25,670 bases of DNA from a bacterium (lineage in GTDB: Bacteria > Hydrothermota > 32-111): the NCBI GenBank assembly GCA_050239825.1, contig JBFXGO010000028.1, forward strand, positions 5,799 through 31,468. Direction: 5' to 3'. Below are positions 8,405 to 17,122 of this stretch, in pieces. The notes below the pieces were generated by a model that was not told the origin of the DNA, searched no databases, and saw nothing but the letters and a program-made list of their open reading frames with translations. Made by a program: the position numbers and the translations under genes. How positions within the stretch are numbered: the stretch's first letter is position 1; every line of letters begins with the position of its first letter.

Positions 8405-9910
8405 ATGAATTCAAAAATTCAGGAAAAACTATTCTCAACAAGCGAATACATCAGAGACCTCATCAACAACTACAATAAGGAGAGGTGGAATTTCTTCACC
8501 AATGCGACTACGGAGAACAGGAAGCGCTACGAGAGTGCGATAAATGATTTTACCGACTACTTTTGCGGCAATGCAGACCTCGCGTTCATTCTTGATGAAT
8601 TTAAAAAATTTCCTTCAAAATTCAAGAGCGAAGAGGTAAAGATTCTCGGAAGAATCAGAAATATGAAGCAGGTATATGCGAGCAGGTCACAGCTTTCCAC
8701 CGACTTTATCAATTCGCAGATAAATGCAGAGATGATATATATCGACGACAGGGTTGAATACAACAACAAAGATGCTACAACGAGCCATCTTGCCGACCTT
8801 GCGGAGCACGAAACCTCGCTCTCAGAGATAATCAAACTGCAGAAGCTCTTCTTCTCGCACGCACCAAAGTACATGAATCCGGTGCTTGATACAATAAAGC
8901 TGAGAAATGAATATTTCAAAGAGCGCGGCTTTGAAAATTATCTTGACTACTTCTGCAAATCTTTGGGAACAACAGAGAAGAGACTTAGAGCTCTTATTGA
9001 AAAGGTAGATAAGATGACCTATGACCCGTATAAAAAAATCAAAATTAATCTTGAATCGACCCTTGAGAAGAAACTCAAATGCCATTCTCGGCGCACACCA
9101 TCATATATTTACGGAGACCCCTTCTTCAGGTTCTATCCGGTTCATGTTGATGACAATGTCAATATGATTTTCAAAGGCAAAGATGTCGCCTATGCAAGCA
9201 AGAAGTTCTTTGAGCATTTGGGAGTCTCTCTTGATGAGGTTTTTGAGGTTTCAGACCTTTACATCAGGCCTGGAAAGTATCAGGGCAATCTCATTGTCGA
9301 CATTGACAGGGAATCTGATGTGAGATTCTCAGTCAACTCAAAATCCAATTTCAGGGGCATGTATTATCTTATCCGCACTCTATCGAAGCTTGTCTTCACT
9401 CTCAATTATGACAAATCCCTGCCCTTCTTGCTACGCACAATACCGAACAGAGGAGTCGCAGAGGGGTTCGGAATGTACTTGGCTGATTATGCATTTAAAT
9501 CGGGTTTCATATCAAAGATAATAGCGCAGTACGAAGAGGAGGATGATCAGGCCACAGTCAATGTGAGTGACTACATAATGAATAACAGAATTGTTTACAT
9601 AAGATTTTTCTTAGCCCTTGCAGATTTTGAACTCACACTAAATTCAGCTTCGGACATTGACCTTGCGGCCGCATGGATGAAGTCTGTCAAAAAATACCAG
9701 CTTATCGACACAGAGACAATTCCGGAGAAGAACGGATGGGTTATGCTTGATTCGATAATAATAGACCCCTTCTCCTCAATATTCGAACTTGAAGGATTCT
9801 TAAATGCACAGAGCATAGAAAAGCACCTACCCGAGAAGATAATTACGCCGCGGCATCTAATGACCCATCTGCTGAATAATGTTGTTCGGAAATGCGCCGT
9901 TTCGGAATAG
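8405..9910 (+). CDS. M3/M2-type (gluzincin) metallopeptidase homologue lacking the HExxH motif
   Basis: GDPFFRFYP, SDLYIRPGK, DIDRESDVR and DKSLPFLLR...VAEGFGMY match the motif series of bacterial M3/M2-like peptidases as I recall it. RTLSK occupies the expected HExxH position. Confidence 0.7.
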   Translation: MNSKIQEKLFSTSEYIRDLINNYNKERWNFFTNATTENRKRYESAINDFTDYFCGNADLAFILDEFKKFPSKFKSEEVKILGRIRNMKQVYASRSQLSTDFINSQINAEMIYIDDRVEYNNKDATTSHLADLAEHETSLSEIIKLQKLFFSHAPKYMNPVLDTIKLRNEYFKERGFENYLDYFCKSLGTTEKRLRALIEKVDKMTYDPYKKIKINLESTLEKKLKCHSRRTPSYIYGDPFFRFYPVHVDDNVNMIFKGKDVAYASKKFFEHLGVSLDEVFEVSDLYIRPGKYQGNLIVDIDRESDVRFSVNSKSNFRGMYYLIRTLSKLVFTLNYDKSLPFLLRTIPNRGVAEGFGMYLADYAFKSGFISKIIAQYEEEDDQATVNVSDYIMNNRIVYIRFFLALADFELTLNSASDIDLAAAWMKSVKKYQLIDTETIPEKNGWVMLDSIIIDPFSSIFELEGFLNAQSIEKHLPEKIITPRHLMTHLLNNVVRKCAVSE

Positions 9911-10746
9911 CACTGCTCTTACTGGTGCCTCTTATTACTGAGGCGGATATAGCGTTTGTCTGCACATTCAATTCAAATCTTATTTATGACAGAGACACTA
10001 TTGTCTCTGTTTCAAAAAATTTTGAACTGCCCATGGATTTCTGCAAAGATGCATCCATTCTCTTCGCTTTCACTCTTTCCGGGAAAAGCCTTCTGTTTTA
10101 CGGTCCCTCCTCACACAATTATCAAAAGAGCATTATGTCATTTGATACAGCATCAGACAAAAACAGAGATTTTCTTTTTTCAGATTATTACAAACAAAAC
10201 GGATTTACTCCGATTCCACCGGAATCAATTCCGATTATTTCCAGAACAATGGGATTTGAAAGACTATTCATTGTTTCATCCGCTTATAATGGGGAAATTT
10301 CTCCCTCAATATCCTCTTATGAAGAGTTTTCTCTGATTCATGACTTTCTTCTCTTCAGGTTGCATGAAAAATCAGGCTCTTTCAGAGAGACGATGAATCT
10401 TGCAGATAAATTTTATAAAAAATTTCGCGATGACGAAACCGCTCTTGAAATATATCTCTACTCTCTGATGAATATGGCTGATTTTTATACTGCAGATGCT
10501 TCCCTCGACTCTTTCTACAAAAATCGTGAGAAGAGCGAGATGTATTTTTCTCTGAAAACTAATTTGAATGCTATCCGCGGGAATTTCGAAGCGGCGGAAC
10601 ATTTCATAGAGAACGGCAGGTATCTGTATCCCGAAAGCATTCTGCTTATTCATGATGCAATAAATCTCTATTCAGTGACCGATTCCCTTAAAATGGCGGA
10701 GCTTGCAGATTTTTACAGAAAAGTTCTTGAAGGAGAAGAATATTGA
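9892..10746 (+). CDS. Hypothetical secreted protein, C-terminal TPR-like helices
   Basis: 284-aa ORF with a signal-peptide-like N-terminus MRRFGIALLLLVPLITEA; ...AIRGNFEAAEHFIENGRYLYPES is TPR-like. Overlaps the upstream gene by 19 nt. Confidence 0.6.
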   Translation: MRRFGIALLLLVPLITEADIAFVCTFNSNLIYDRDTIVSVSKNFELPMDFCKDASILFAFTLSGKSLLFYGPSSHNYQKSIMSFDTASDKNRDFLFSDYYKQNGFTPIPPESIPIISRTMGFERLFIVSSAYNGEISPSISSYEEFSLIHDFLLFRLHEKSGSFRETMNLADKFYKKFRDDETALEIYLYSLMNMADFYTADASLDSFYKNREKSEMYFSLKTNLNAIRGNFEAAEHFIENGRYLYPESILLIHDAINLYSVTDSLKMAELADFYRKVLEGEEY

Positions 10747-10771
10747 CTTGCATTTGCTTTTATTATATTAT
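10743..10771 (+). promoter_or_regulatory. Putative sigma70 promoter
   Basis: TTGACT-N17-TATTAT upstream of SD AGGAGAG and the TTG start at 10807. Confidence 0.55.
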
Positions 10772-10806
10772 CATTTGTAAAATGAGGGATTGTAACAGGA
10801 GAGAGA

Positions 10807-11616
10807 TTGTTTAAACTCATCTTCTGGGGGGTGCGCGGTTCAGTACCTTCCCCGGGCAAAGAGACAAGCTACTTCGGTGGCAATACAACGTGCGTTACAA
10901 TAGAGACAAAAGAGACCTTCATCATTGTTGACGGCGGAACAGGCATAAGAAATGTCGGCGGGTATGTCGAAGAACGGGGTTTCAGAAAAATAAGGATTAT
11001 CTTTACGCACTATCACTGGGACCACCTGCAGGGACTGCCGTTTTTCGCTCCGATATTCAATCCAAAATACCAGATAGACATCTACGGAAAACGCAATGTA
11101 TCAAAAGTACTCTCTCTGCAGATGAAGCGGCCGTTTTTTCCTGCAGATTATAAAAATCTCCCATCAAAAATAAATCATCTGAAGATAAAAAAATCTTTCG
11201 GCATTGACGATGTGTTGATCGAAACTATTGAAAATAATCATCCTTCCGGATGCGTTGGACTCAAATTTTCCTACAAGGGCAAATCCATAGTTTTCATGAC
11301 CGACAATGAATTGTCTGCCGTAAACCCCGCGACCGACAGAAAGGAATTTATAAAATTCGTGGAAAAGTCAAACCTTTTCATACATGATTCGCAGTACACT
11401 GAGGAAGAGATAGAAAAAAAACACGGCTGGGGGCATTCCACTTTCAAAGAAGTGGCGGACTTGGCTGAGGATGCCGGAATAGACAACGCCATTTTCACTC
11501 ACCATGACCCGATGCGGAGCGATGTGATACTCAAGGGAATTGTAGCCGACGAGATAAAAAAACATAGTAAGATTAAACTCTCGGCGGCTAAAGAGAACCT
11601 TGAAATAAAAGTTTAG
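10807..11616 (+). CDS. MBL-fold metallo-hydrolase (WGxRGS / GGNTxC subfamily, putative phosphodiesterase)
   Basis: FWGVRGSVPSPG...GGNTTC, DGGTG, THYHWDHLQG (HxHxDH), NHP, TDNE, GWGHS, THHDP. Confidence 0.9.
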   Translation: MFKLIFWGVRGSVPSPGKETSYFGGNTTCVTIETKETFIIVDGGTGIRNVGGYVEERGFRKIRIIFTHYHWDHLQGLPFFAPIFNPKYQIDIYGKRNVSKVLSLQMKRPFFPADYKNLPSKINHLKIKKSFGIDDVLIETIENNHPSGCVGLKFSYKGKSIVFMTDNELSAVNPATDRKEFIKFVEKSNLFIHDSQYTEEEIEKKHGWGHSTFKEVADLAEDAGIDNAIFTHHDPMRSDVILKGIVADEIKKHSKIKLSAAKENLEIKV

Positions 11617-11619
11617 CAA

Positions 11620-12633
11620 ATGAACAGACTCTCCATCAAAATCCCGATTATTGCGGCAATTGTTACAATCACGATTACCTCAATAGGCATCGCCAATATG
11701 TTCGGTTTATCAAGCGACAAAATAACATACAAAACAGGTATTCATGAATCCGTTGTCTCTTTTGTCGCTCCGGATTCTCCTGCGTATATGGCGAACATTC
11801 AGATAGATGACACGGTTAAATCAATAAGCGGCAGAAAATTCAAATCCATTATGGACATGAACAAAAATATCATAGAGCGGTTAGAGACCGGCAGTATCGC
11901 AGTATATGAGATCTTACGTGATGGAGAGACTCTTTTCGTTCCAATTCAGATGACTCCAAAATATTCCCCTAATTTCATGTTTTTGATGACTTTCATTTTG
12001 ATTCTATTTTTATTCGTCACCAATGTTTTCTATGTTACATTCCCTTACAGATCGCAGTTTACCCTTTTAATTTACATTTTTTATCAGATTATAACAATTA
12101 TAATTGTTTATTCAAACACCAATTATTCCGTCATACCCCTGTATACGGTCTTTATACTTGCCACTTCGGTAGCGCCCACCGTCGTCATATATCTTGCTTG
12201 GTCATTGAAAAAACCCGTTAAAAAAATACATAGATTACTGCCTATTCTCATTTCTGCGGCTGTTGCCTCAGGATGGTTTGCCGGTTATCTTTTTTTCATT
12301 TTGTCCTCAACAAATACTGCATTTAGAATTTTGATCTCTATTGTCAAATCTGTTCAGTTTATTCTTTCTTTAATGATTATTCTGGGAATCAAAGAGCTAA
12401 TCAGCTCCATAAGCATCAATTTCAAGGAGAAGAACAGAATCTTTGTTTCATACATACTATCTTTTCTCATAGCCGGATTCACTCCCTTCATCGTTCTCTA
12501 TGCAATACCCTTCATTCTGGGAAAGAAGGAGATACTTCCTGTCTGGTTCGCAGTGTCATTCTCCGCTATTCCTCTTCTGGGAATAATTATGTTCAATGGT
12601 TTTTTTCACAAAATCATTCAAAAGGGAGATTAA
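11620..12633 (+). CDS. Membrane protein: N-terminal TM, PDZ-like domain, about 7 further TM helices
   Basis: VVSFVAPDSPAYMANIQIDDTVKSISG...YEILRDGE is PDZ-like and is followed by several hydrophobic segments. Confidence 0.75.
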   Translation: MNRLSIKIPIIAAIVTITITSIGIANMFGLSSDKITYKTGIHESVVSFVAPDSPAYMANIQIDDTVKSISGRKFKSIMDMNKNIIERLETGSIAVYEILRDGETLFVPIQMTPKYSPNFMFLMTFILILFLFVTNVFYVTFPYRSQFTLLIYIFYQIITIIIVYSNTNYSVIPLYTVFILATSVAPTVVIYLAWSLKKPVKKIHRLLPILISAAVASGWFAGYLFFILSSTNTAFRILISIVKSVQFILSLMIILGIKELISSISINFKEKNRIFVSYILSFLIAGFTPFIVLYAIPFILGKKEILPVWFAVSFSAIPLLGIIMFNGFFHKIIQKGD

Positions 12634-13629
12634 ATGAAACGTTTTGCCTCTCTGTTGATTTTCATGGCATCCGTTTTGCTTCTTCTTTTTTCAACTTACA
12701 AATCATCTCTCATTTCAAATGACAAGACAATATACAAATACAACAACGGAGATTTGATAGTCGACTATGTAAATCCTTTAAGCAATGCTTACCGCTCGGG
12801 CCTCCATATAGGAGATAAGATACTTTTCGTCAACGGAATCAAAATATTCAGCCGCCATGTTCTTTATAATATGGTCTTTGACAGAACAAGCCCCTATGAC
12901 ACCCTTACATACACTGTTGAGAGGGAGGACGAAGTGTTGACATTTTCATCTGTCGCCGAAAGGAGATTCACTCTCTCCGAGCTTCTGCAGTTTTTTTTCT
13001 TCGGAATCGCCTACTCATTTTTGACAATGATATTCTTCAATGTTTACCCGGATTCAAAGACAAAATACTATCTTTACCTCTTCTTTCTCAGCCTCTCTCT
13101 TCTTATGACAATGTTCAATGTCCCGTTTTCCCATAGAGGCCTTTATCCTGCAATGATGATTATATCAACCGTTCTTGCAGTCTCCCTGCTTTATTTCACC
13201 CAGCACTACCTTTATGAATTTTCCGTAAAATGGCCCCGTATAGTGCTTCTTGCGTTCACGGTGCTGTCATTTTTTTTCTGGATGACATCCTACCTAAAAT
13301 GGACATTCACAATGACAGAGCCTGACTACTCTTCGGTTATAGTCTCCCTTCGTTTTTTCCAGCTCTCTCTTGCGGCAGAGGCTGTTTACTCAATAGTGTC
13401 CATTTTCATCAAGATACTTAAACTCTATGTTTCAAAACAGCCGAAAGAGTATTTCATAGTCACATACCTCCTTCTGTTCATTCTGATTCTTTACCCTCTT
13501 CTCTATGCACTTCCCTTCGCCCTTCGCCAGAAGGAGTTGATTCCGTTCGCTGTCTATTTTTACATGTTTTTTCTACTCCTTTTGCTCACAGTCATATATA
13601 GGAAGAGACTCTCAAGGGTCTTTTTATGA
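12634..13629 (+). CDS. Membrane protein: N-terminal TM, PDZ-like domain, about 7 further TM helices (paralogue of the previous gene)
   Basis: IVDYVNPLSNAYRSGLHIGDKILFVNG...YTVERED is PDZ-like. The C-terminal LLYALPFALRQKELIP parallels VLYAIPFILGKKEILP of the previous gene. Confidence 0.75.
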   Translation: MKRFASLLIFMASVLLLLFSTYKSSLISNDKTIYKYNNGDLIVDYVNPLSNAYRSGLHIGDKILFVNGIKIFSRHVLYNMVFDRTSPYDTLTYTVEREDEVLTFSSVAERRFTLSELLQFFFFGIAYSFLTMIFFNVYPDSKTKYYLYLFFLSLSLLMTMFNVPFSHRGLYPAMMIISTVLAVSLLYFTQHYLYEFSVKWPRIVLLAFTVLSFFFWMTSYLKWTFTMTEPDYSSVIVSLRFFQLSLAAEAVYSIVSIFIKILKLYVSKQPKEYFIVTYLLLFILILYPLLYALPFALRQKELIPFAVYFYMFFLLLLLTVIYRKRLSRVFL

Positions 13630-15071
13630 AGGATAGCTCCTATATAATTTTCGCCGGTATACTTTTCGTGGTTCTTTTTGCCGTCTTCGGCATCATACTC
13701 TATTTCAACATGTTAAGCGAGGTGAGAATTGACAGCTACTCAAAGGCAGATGTATTGCTCGGCAATCTCGTCAATCTTTCCGACAATACATTTCACAATC
13801 TTCTCTACTACGAAGAGTGCTCCGACTCTGACCTCAGATTCATAAGCAGTGATGAGTTCGCCGCCCTTGCGGGAAAAGAGATTGTCGATTCTTTTCTCGA
13901 ACAGGATCACACAGACATTTTCACCGCAGATTCTTTTTGGGTTATAAAGAGAGATGGATTGCTTCAGTACGCATCCTTCAGACACATAAACAAAGAGCAT
14001 GCTTTCCTGAAGTCGCTTACCATGTCAATTGTAATGTTCGGTTTCAATGCTCCGACCTCTCTTCCGGAGGAGATAGCTTTGAAAATAAAATCTCACCTTT
14101 CCGAGAATCGCTCCTACGGATTTTTTGAAACCAAGAGTTATCTGGTAAACTACAAATCATCCTCCCCGCCTCTTCAGAATCACAGGTTCACCCTTATTTT
14201 CTACAGATTGAAGTCGGATGTTTTCAGCCATATAAACGAAACCACTATTATGTTCGTAGTTCTTCTCATTCTTGCCGTCATAATAATAGCGATTTTTATA
14301 ATTTTCTATATAAACGCAGTGGCAAATGTCGTGGTGCTTGAGGAACAAAAGAAGAAGGAGATCGAACTTCTACGTTTGAACAGGATGCTTACCATGGAGA
14401 GACTGAGTGAATCAATAGTGCATAACATAAATAATCCCCTTACGAATGTAAAGGGGTATATGCAGATACTCCTCTCAAAGAAGCCTGAACTTCTTTCGGA
14501 TTATAAACTGGATGTTGTGATGAAAAATTTGAATTTTGTCATAGACCAGCTGAAGTCAATTCTTCTAAAAAACAGATCCGATGATGATGGGGAGAGAGCT
14601 TCTATAGACATTAATATTTTAATTGTGAGCGAACTTGAGTTTTTAAATCAGCTGATTACAAGCAAAAAAATAGAGTGCCGAACTGAATTTGATCCAGCTA
14701 TTCCCAAAATAAACGGCAATTACAATGATTTCAAAATGATATTTCTGAACATTGTAGACAATGCGGTGGATGCAATGATAGATTCATCTGTTAAAAATCT
14801 CTTCATTAGAACTCAGTATTTCAACAGAAACATAGTGGTATCTGTGGAGGACACCGGCTGTGGAATTTCGGATGAAATCAAGGATCGGATATTAGAAATA
14901 TATTTCACAACAAAGACAACGACCCCCTCTTCAAATTATGAAAGACCCGTAGGAACAGGGATAGGTCTCTTCTCCGTGCTAAAGCTTGTTCAAAAATATA
15001 ATGGAAAGATTGAGGTTTCGTCTATTCCAAATAAAGGCAGTATATTCACTATTAAATTCCCTCTCTCCTAA
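13626..15071 (+). CDS. Membrane-bound sensor histidine kinase (HisKA + HATPase_c)
   Basis: Two TM segments flank an extracytoplasmic domain. H-box SIVHNINNPL, N-box FLNIVDNAVDAM, G1 VEDTGCGI, F-box YFTTK, G2 GTGIGL. ATGA overlap with the upstream gene. Confidence 0.92.
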   Translation: MKDSSYIIFAGILFVVLFAVFGIILYFNMLSEVRIDSYSKADVLLGNLVNLSDNTFHNLLYYEECSDSDLRFISSDEFAALAGKEIVDSFLEQDHTDIFTADSFWVIKRDGLLQYASFRHINKEHAFLKSLTMSIVMFGFNAPTSLPEEIALKIKSHLSENRSYGFFETKSYLVNYKSSSPPLQNHRFTLIFYRLKSDVFSHINETTIMFVVLLILAVIIIAIFIIFYINAVANVVVLEEQKKKEIELLRLNRMLTMERLSESIVHNINNPLTNVKGYMQILLSKKPELLSDYKLDVVMKNLNFVIDQLKSILLKNRSDDDGERASIDINILIVSELEFLNQLITSKKIECRTEFDPAIPKINGNYNDFKMIFLNIVDNAVDAMIDSSVKNLFIRTQYFNRNIVVSVEDTGCGISDEIKDRILEIYFTTKTTTPSSNYERPVGTGIGLFSVLKLVQKYNGKIEVSSIPNKGSIFTIKFPLS

Positions 15072-15072
15072 A

Positions 15073-15537
15073 TTAAAATACAAAGACAAAGTATCCGTTT
15101 GACACACTCATTGTATCCGCTTCATCTTCAATATTGACAAGACTTCCGGAGAATGTTCCGGCAAGCTCCCTGAAAGCGGAGTCCGGATGCGATTCTATAT
15201 TTATCACTCCTTCTCCCCTGTTTACAGATGCAGTATAGATTTTCAATGACACTATATCCGTTACTCTAATCTCCGTAAAATTATCATAGGGAATGTATAC
15301 CACACTAAGATACTTGTCCTCGGGAACAATAAAATCAATCTTCCACATTTGAACTGAATCCTCTGCATGCATAACATAATAGCCTGATTCATCAAGAAAA
15401 TTATTCGTATTCTCTTCAAGATAAAACTCGGCGCCGGAATATGCGAACCTCACATACTCATACTTCCCGGAGTTTAAAAAGCAATTAAAACTCAATGCCG
15501 AAAGTAAGAGAATTGCTGTTGTAGCTATAGAGCGCAT
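15073..15537 (-). CDS. Hypothetical exported protein, probable lipoprotein
   Basis: MRSIATTAILLLSALSFNC (hydrophobic stretch ending in Cys, atypical lipobox); beta-rich mature part. Start moved from 15591 to the ATG at 15537. Confidence 0.6.
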   Translation of the reverse strand: MRSIATTAILLLSALSFNCFLNSGKYEYVRFAYSGAEFYLEENTNNFLDESGYYVMHAEDSVQMWKIDFIVPEDKYLSVVYIPYDNFTEIRVTDIVSLKIYTASVNRGEGVINIESHPDSAFRELAGTFSGSLVNIEDEADTMSVSNGYFVFVF

Positions 15538-16489
15538 TTGTTGAATTCCTGCCTGTGAATACATATCTGAAATAAGGTTCAAAATCATCATTCTTGAGTT
15601 TTAAAATCACCTCTAATTCAAAAATACTGTCGGTTCTGTTCTCTGTTGTTCCTAACACGGTTGAGTCCGCATCCGCAGTGTGATAGAGGGGCAGATAGTC
15701 CCGTACAGAATAACTTCCGGAAACTATTCCCTTTGCTTTCTCTCCAAAGAGGATCGTCGCCTTTCCCCGTATATCTTTTTCGGAATAATAATATTCATCC
15801 AAAAATGAATCGTCAAGATAATAATCAAGAGTCTCTCCTGCCACAGCAGAGTACAAAAAAGATGCAGAAAGACCAAGTGAATTGAAAAGGTTCAAGCTGA
15901 GAAGCGGAGTAACACCCCAGCGCATCACCGAAGAGTTGTCTGAATTTAATTTATATCCCCCGAAACCTGTCAGATGAATTGACATCTTTATGGGAAGTCC
16001 AACCATCCATTTGGTGGAGGCTTCGATTTTCGAGTTTGAAAATTCATTTAAAAAGATAAATTTTTCCGTTCTTCCGTCTATTGAATTCTTTATCATCAGG
16101 TAATCATTCGGATACTCTTTGTGGTCAATGAAAATACCCGGAGCTATCATGTTGTTTTCAAGATACTCCTGAAAAAGATAGAATGTTTCAAAAGAGTAGA
16201 CTCCCGTCATCAGAGTTCTGTCCGCATTATCTACCGGAACAAACTGGAATGTTACATCGGACGGCAGATTCATCATGTAATTATTCATTATCGGAGTGAA
16301 CAAACCGAGATTATAGAACAAATCAAACCTCTCGCGGTTCACCTTTCCTTGGAATTCGGCATCAAGCTCTATGTCATACTCTTTTGACGAAGTTCTATAT
16401 ATATTGTCAGTCAGAGAAAGATTAAGATTTGAGCTTTCTGCAGACAAAAAAAACATAGCCGCAAAGATTAAGAATGCGCACCTTTTCAT
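15485..16489 (-). CDS. Putative outer-membrane beta-barrel protein
   Basis: Signal peptide MKRCAFLIFAAMFFLSA, alternating amphipathic strands, and C-terminal ...SLTFGIEF (beta-signal with terminal Phe). Confidence 0.65.
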   Translation of the reverse strand: MKRCAFLIFAAMFFLSAESSNLNLSLTDNIYRTSSKEYDIELDAEFQGKVNRERFDLFYNLGLFTPIMNNYMMNLPSDVTFQFVPVDNADRTLMTGVYSFETFYLFQEYLENNMIAPGIFIDHKEYPNDYLMIKNSIDGRTEKFIFLNEFSNSKIEASTKWMVGLPIKMSIHLTGFGGYKLNSDNSSVMRWGVTPLLSLNLFNSLGLSASFLYSAVAGETLDYYLDDSFLDEYYYSEKDIRGKATILFGEKAKGIVSGSYSVRDYLPLYHTADADSTVLGTTENRTDSIFELEVILKLKNDDFEPYFRYVFTGRNSTNALYSYNSNSLTFGIEF

Positions 16490-17088
16490 TTTCCTCTCCT
16501 TTCTTTCAACTCCTTTTTAAATACCGTTCTGTACTGCCTTCTGTTTATACTGCTCTCTCTGTTGTCGCAGATTCCATCTCCGTCTTCATCGGTGAAAATG
16601 TCTGTTCTGCTTTCGGAGAGCTCCTTCTTTATAAGGTCATCGCAGAAGTCGCCGTTTTCATCCTTGAAATCATCAAGCCAGAACCCCTTTTCTTCAATGG
16701 CGAGTCCGAATGACGAACCGCTGTAAAACCCTTTTTTGTATTTTACTCCTGTTATGTCGTTTTTCCCGTCATTATCATTGTCTATAACAGCCATCTTCTT
16801 TGAGATAATATATAGGTCATTCACTCCGTCTCCGTCTTCATCTACAAAAAGGTCATTTTTCCCATCTTCATCTTTGTCTTCAAATTTTATGTTTAAAAAT
16901 ATCTTTGCATTGACAAGGTCATTTATTCCATCTCCGTTTGCATCAGCATAGATGTCATTCACTCCATTTCCGTCATTATCCGAATATCCGATGTATGATG
17001 TTGCATCCGAAGGCGATGAGTTGGCAGAGAGAGAGACTGCAAGGAGAACTCCCAGTAAAAGACCGAGAGGGGACCATTGTCCCCTCAA
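16486..17088 (-). CDS. Secreted protein with seven DxxxDG-type acidic (EF-hand-like, Ca/metal-binding) repeats; start uncertain
   Basis: Repeats DNDGNGVND, DANGDGIND, DKDEDGKND, DEDGDGVND, DNDNDGKND, DENGDFCDD, DEDGDGICD. A TTG at 17088 gives the signal-like N-terminus (M)RGQWSPLGLLLGVLLAVSLSA. ATGA overlap with the downstream gene. Confidence 0.7.
   Translation of the reverse strand: MRGQWSPLGLLLGVLLAVSLSANSSPSDATSYIGYSDNDGNGVNDIYADANGDGINDLVNAKIFLNIKFEDKDEDGKNDLFVDEDGDGVNDLYIISKKMAVIDNDNDGKNDITGVKYKKGFYSGSSFGLAIEEKGFWLDDFKDENGDFCDDLIKKELSESRTDIFTDEDGDGICDNRESSINRRQYRTVFKKELKERRGK
16562..16590. repeat. 29-bp direct repeat, copy 1 (encodes DEDGDGICD)
   Basis: TTGTCGCAGATTCCATCTCCGTCTTCATC; 28/29 identical to 17262-17290. 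Confidence 0.9.
17067..17086 (-). terminator. GC-rich hairpin, possible partial terminator or RNA-stabilising stem between genes 1 and 2 of the envelope operon
   Basis: Minus strand reads GAGGGGAC-AATG-GTCCCCTC (perfect 8-bp stem) followed by TCGGTCTTTT. Confidence 0.55.
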
Positions 17089-17122
17089 GGTTTGAGTTAT
17101 ATTAAAAAAGGGAGTGTGAGGA

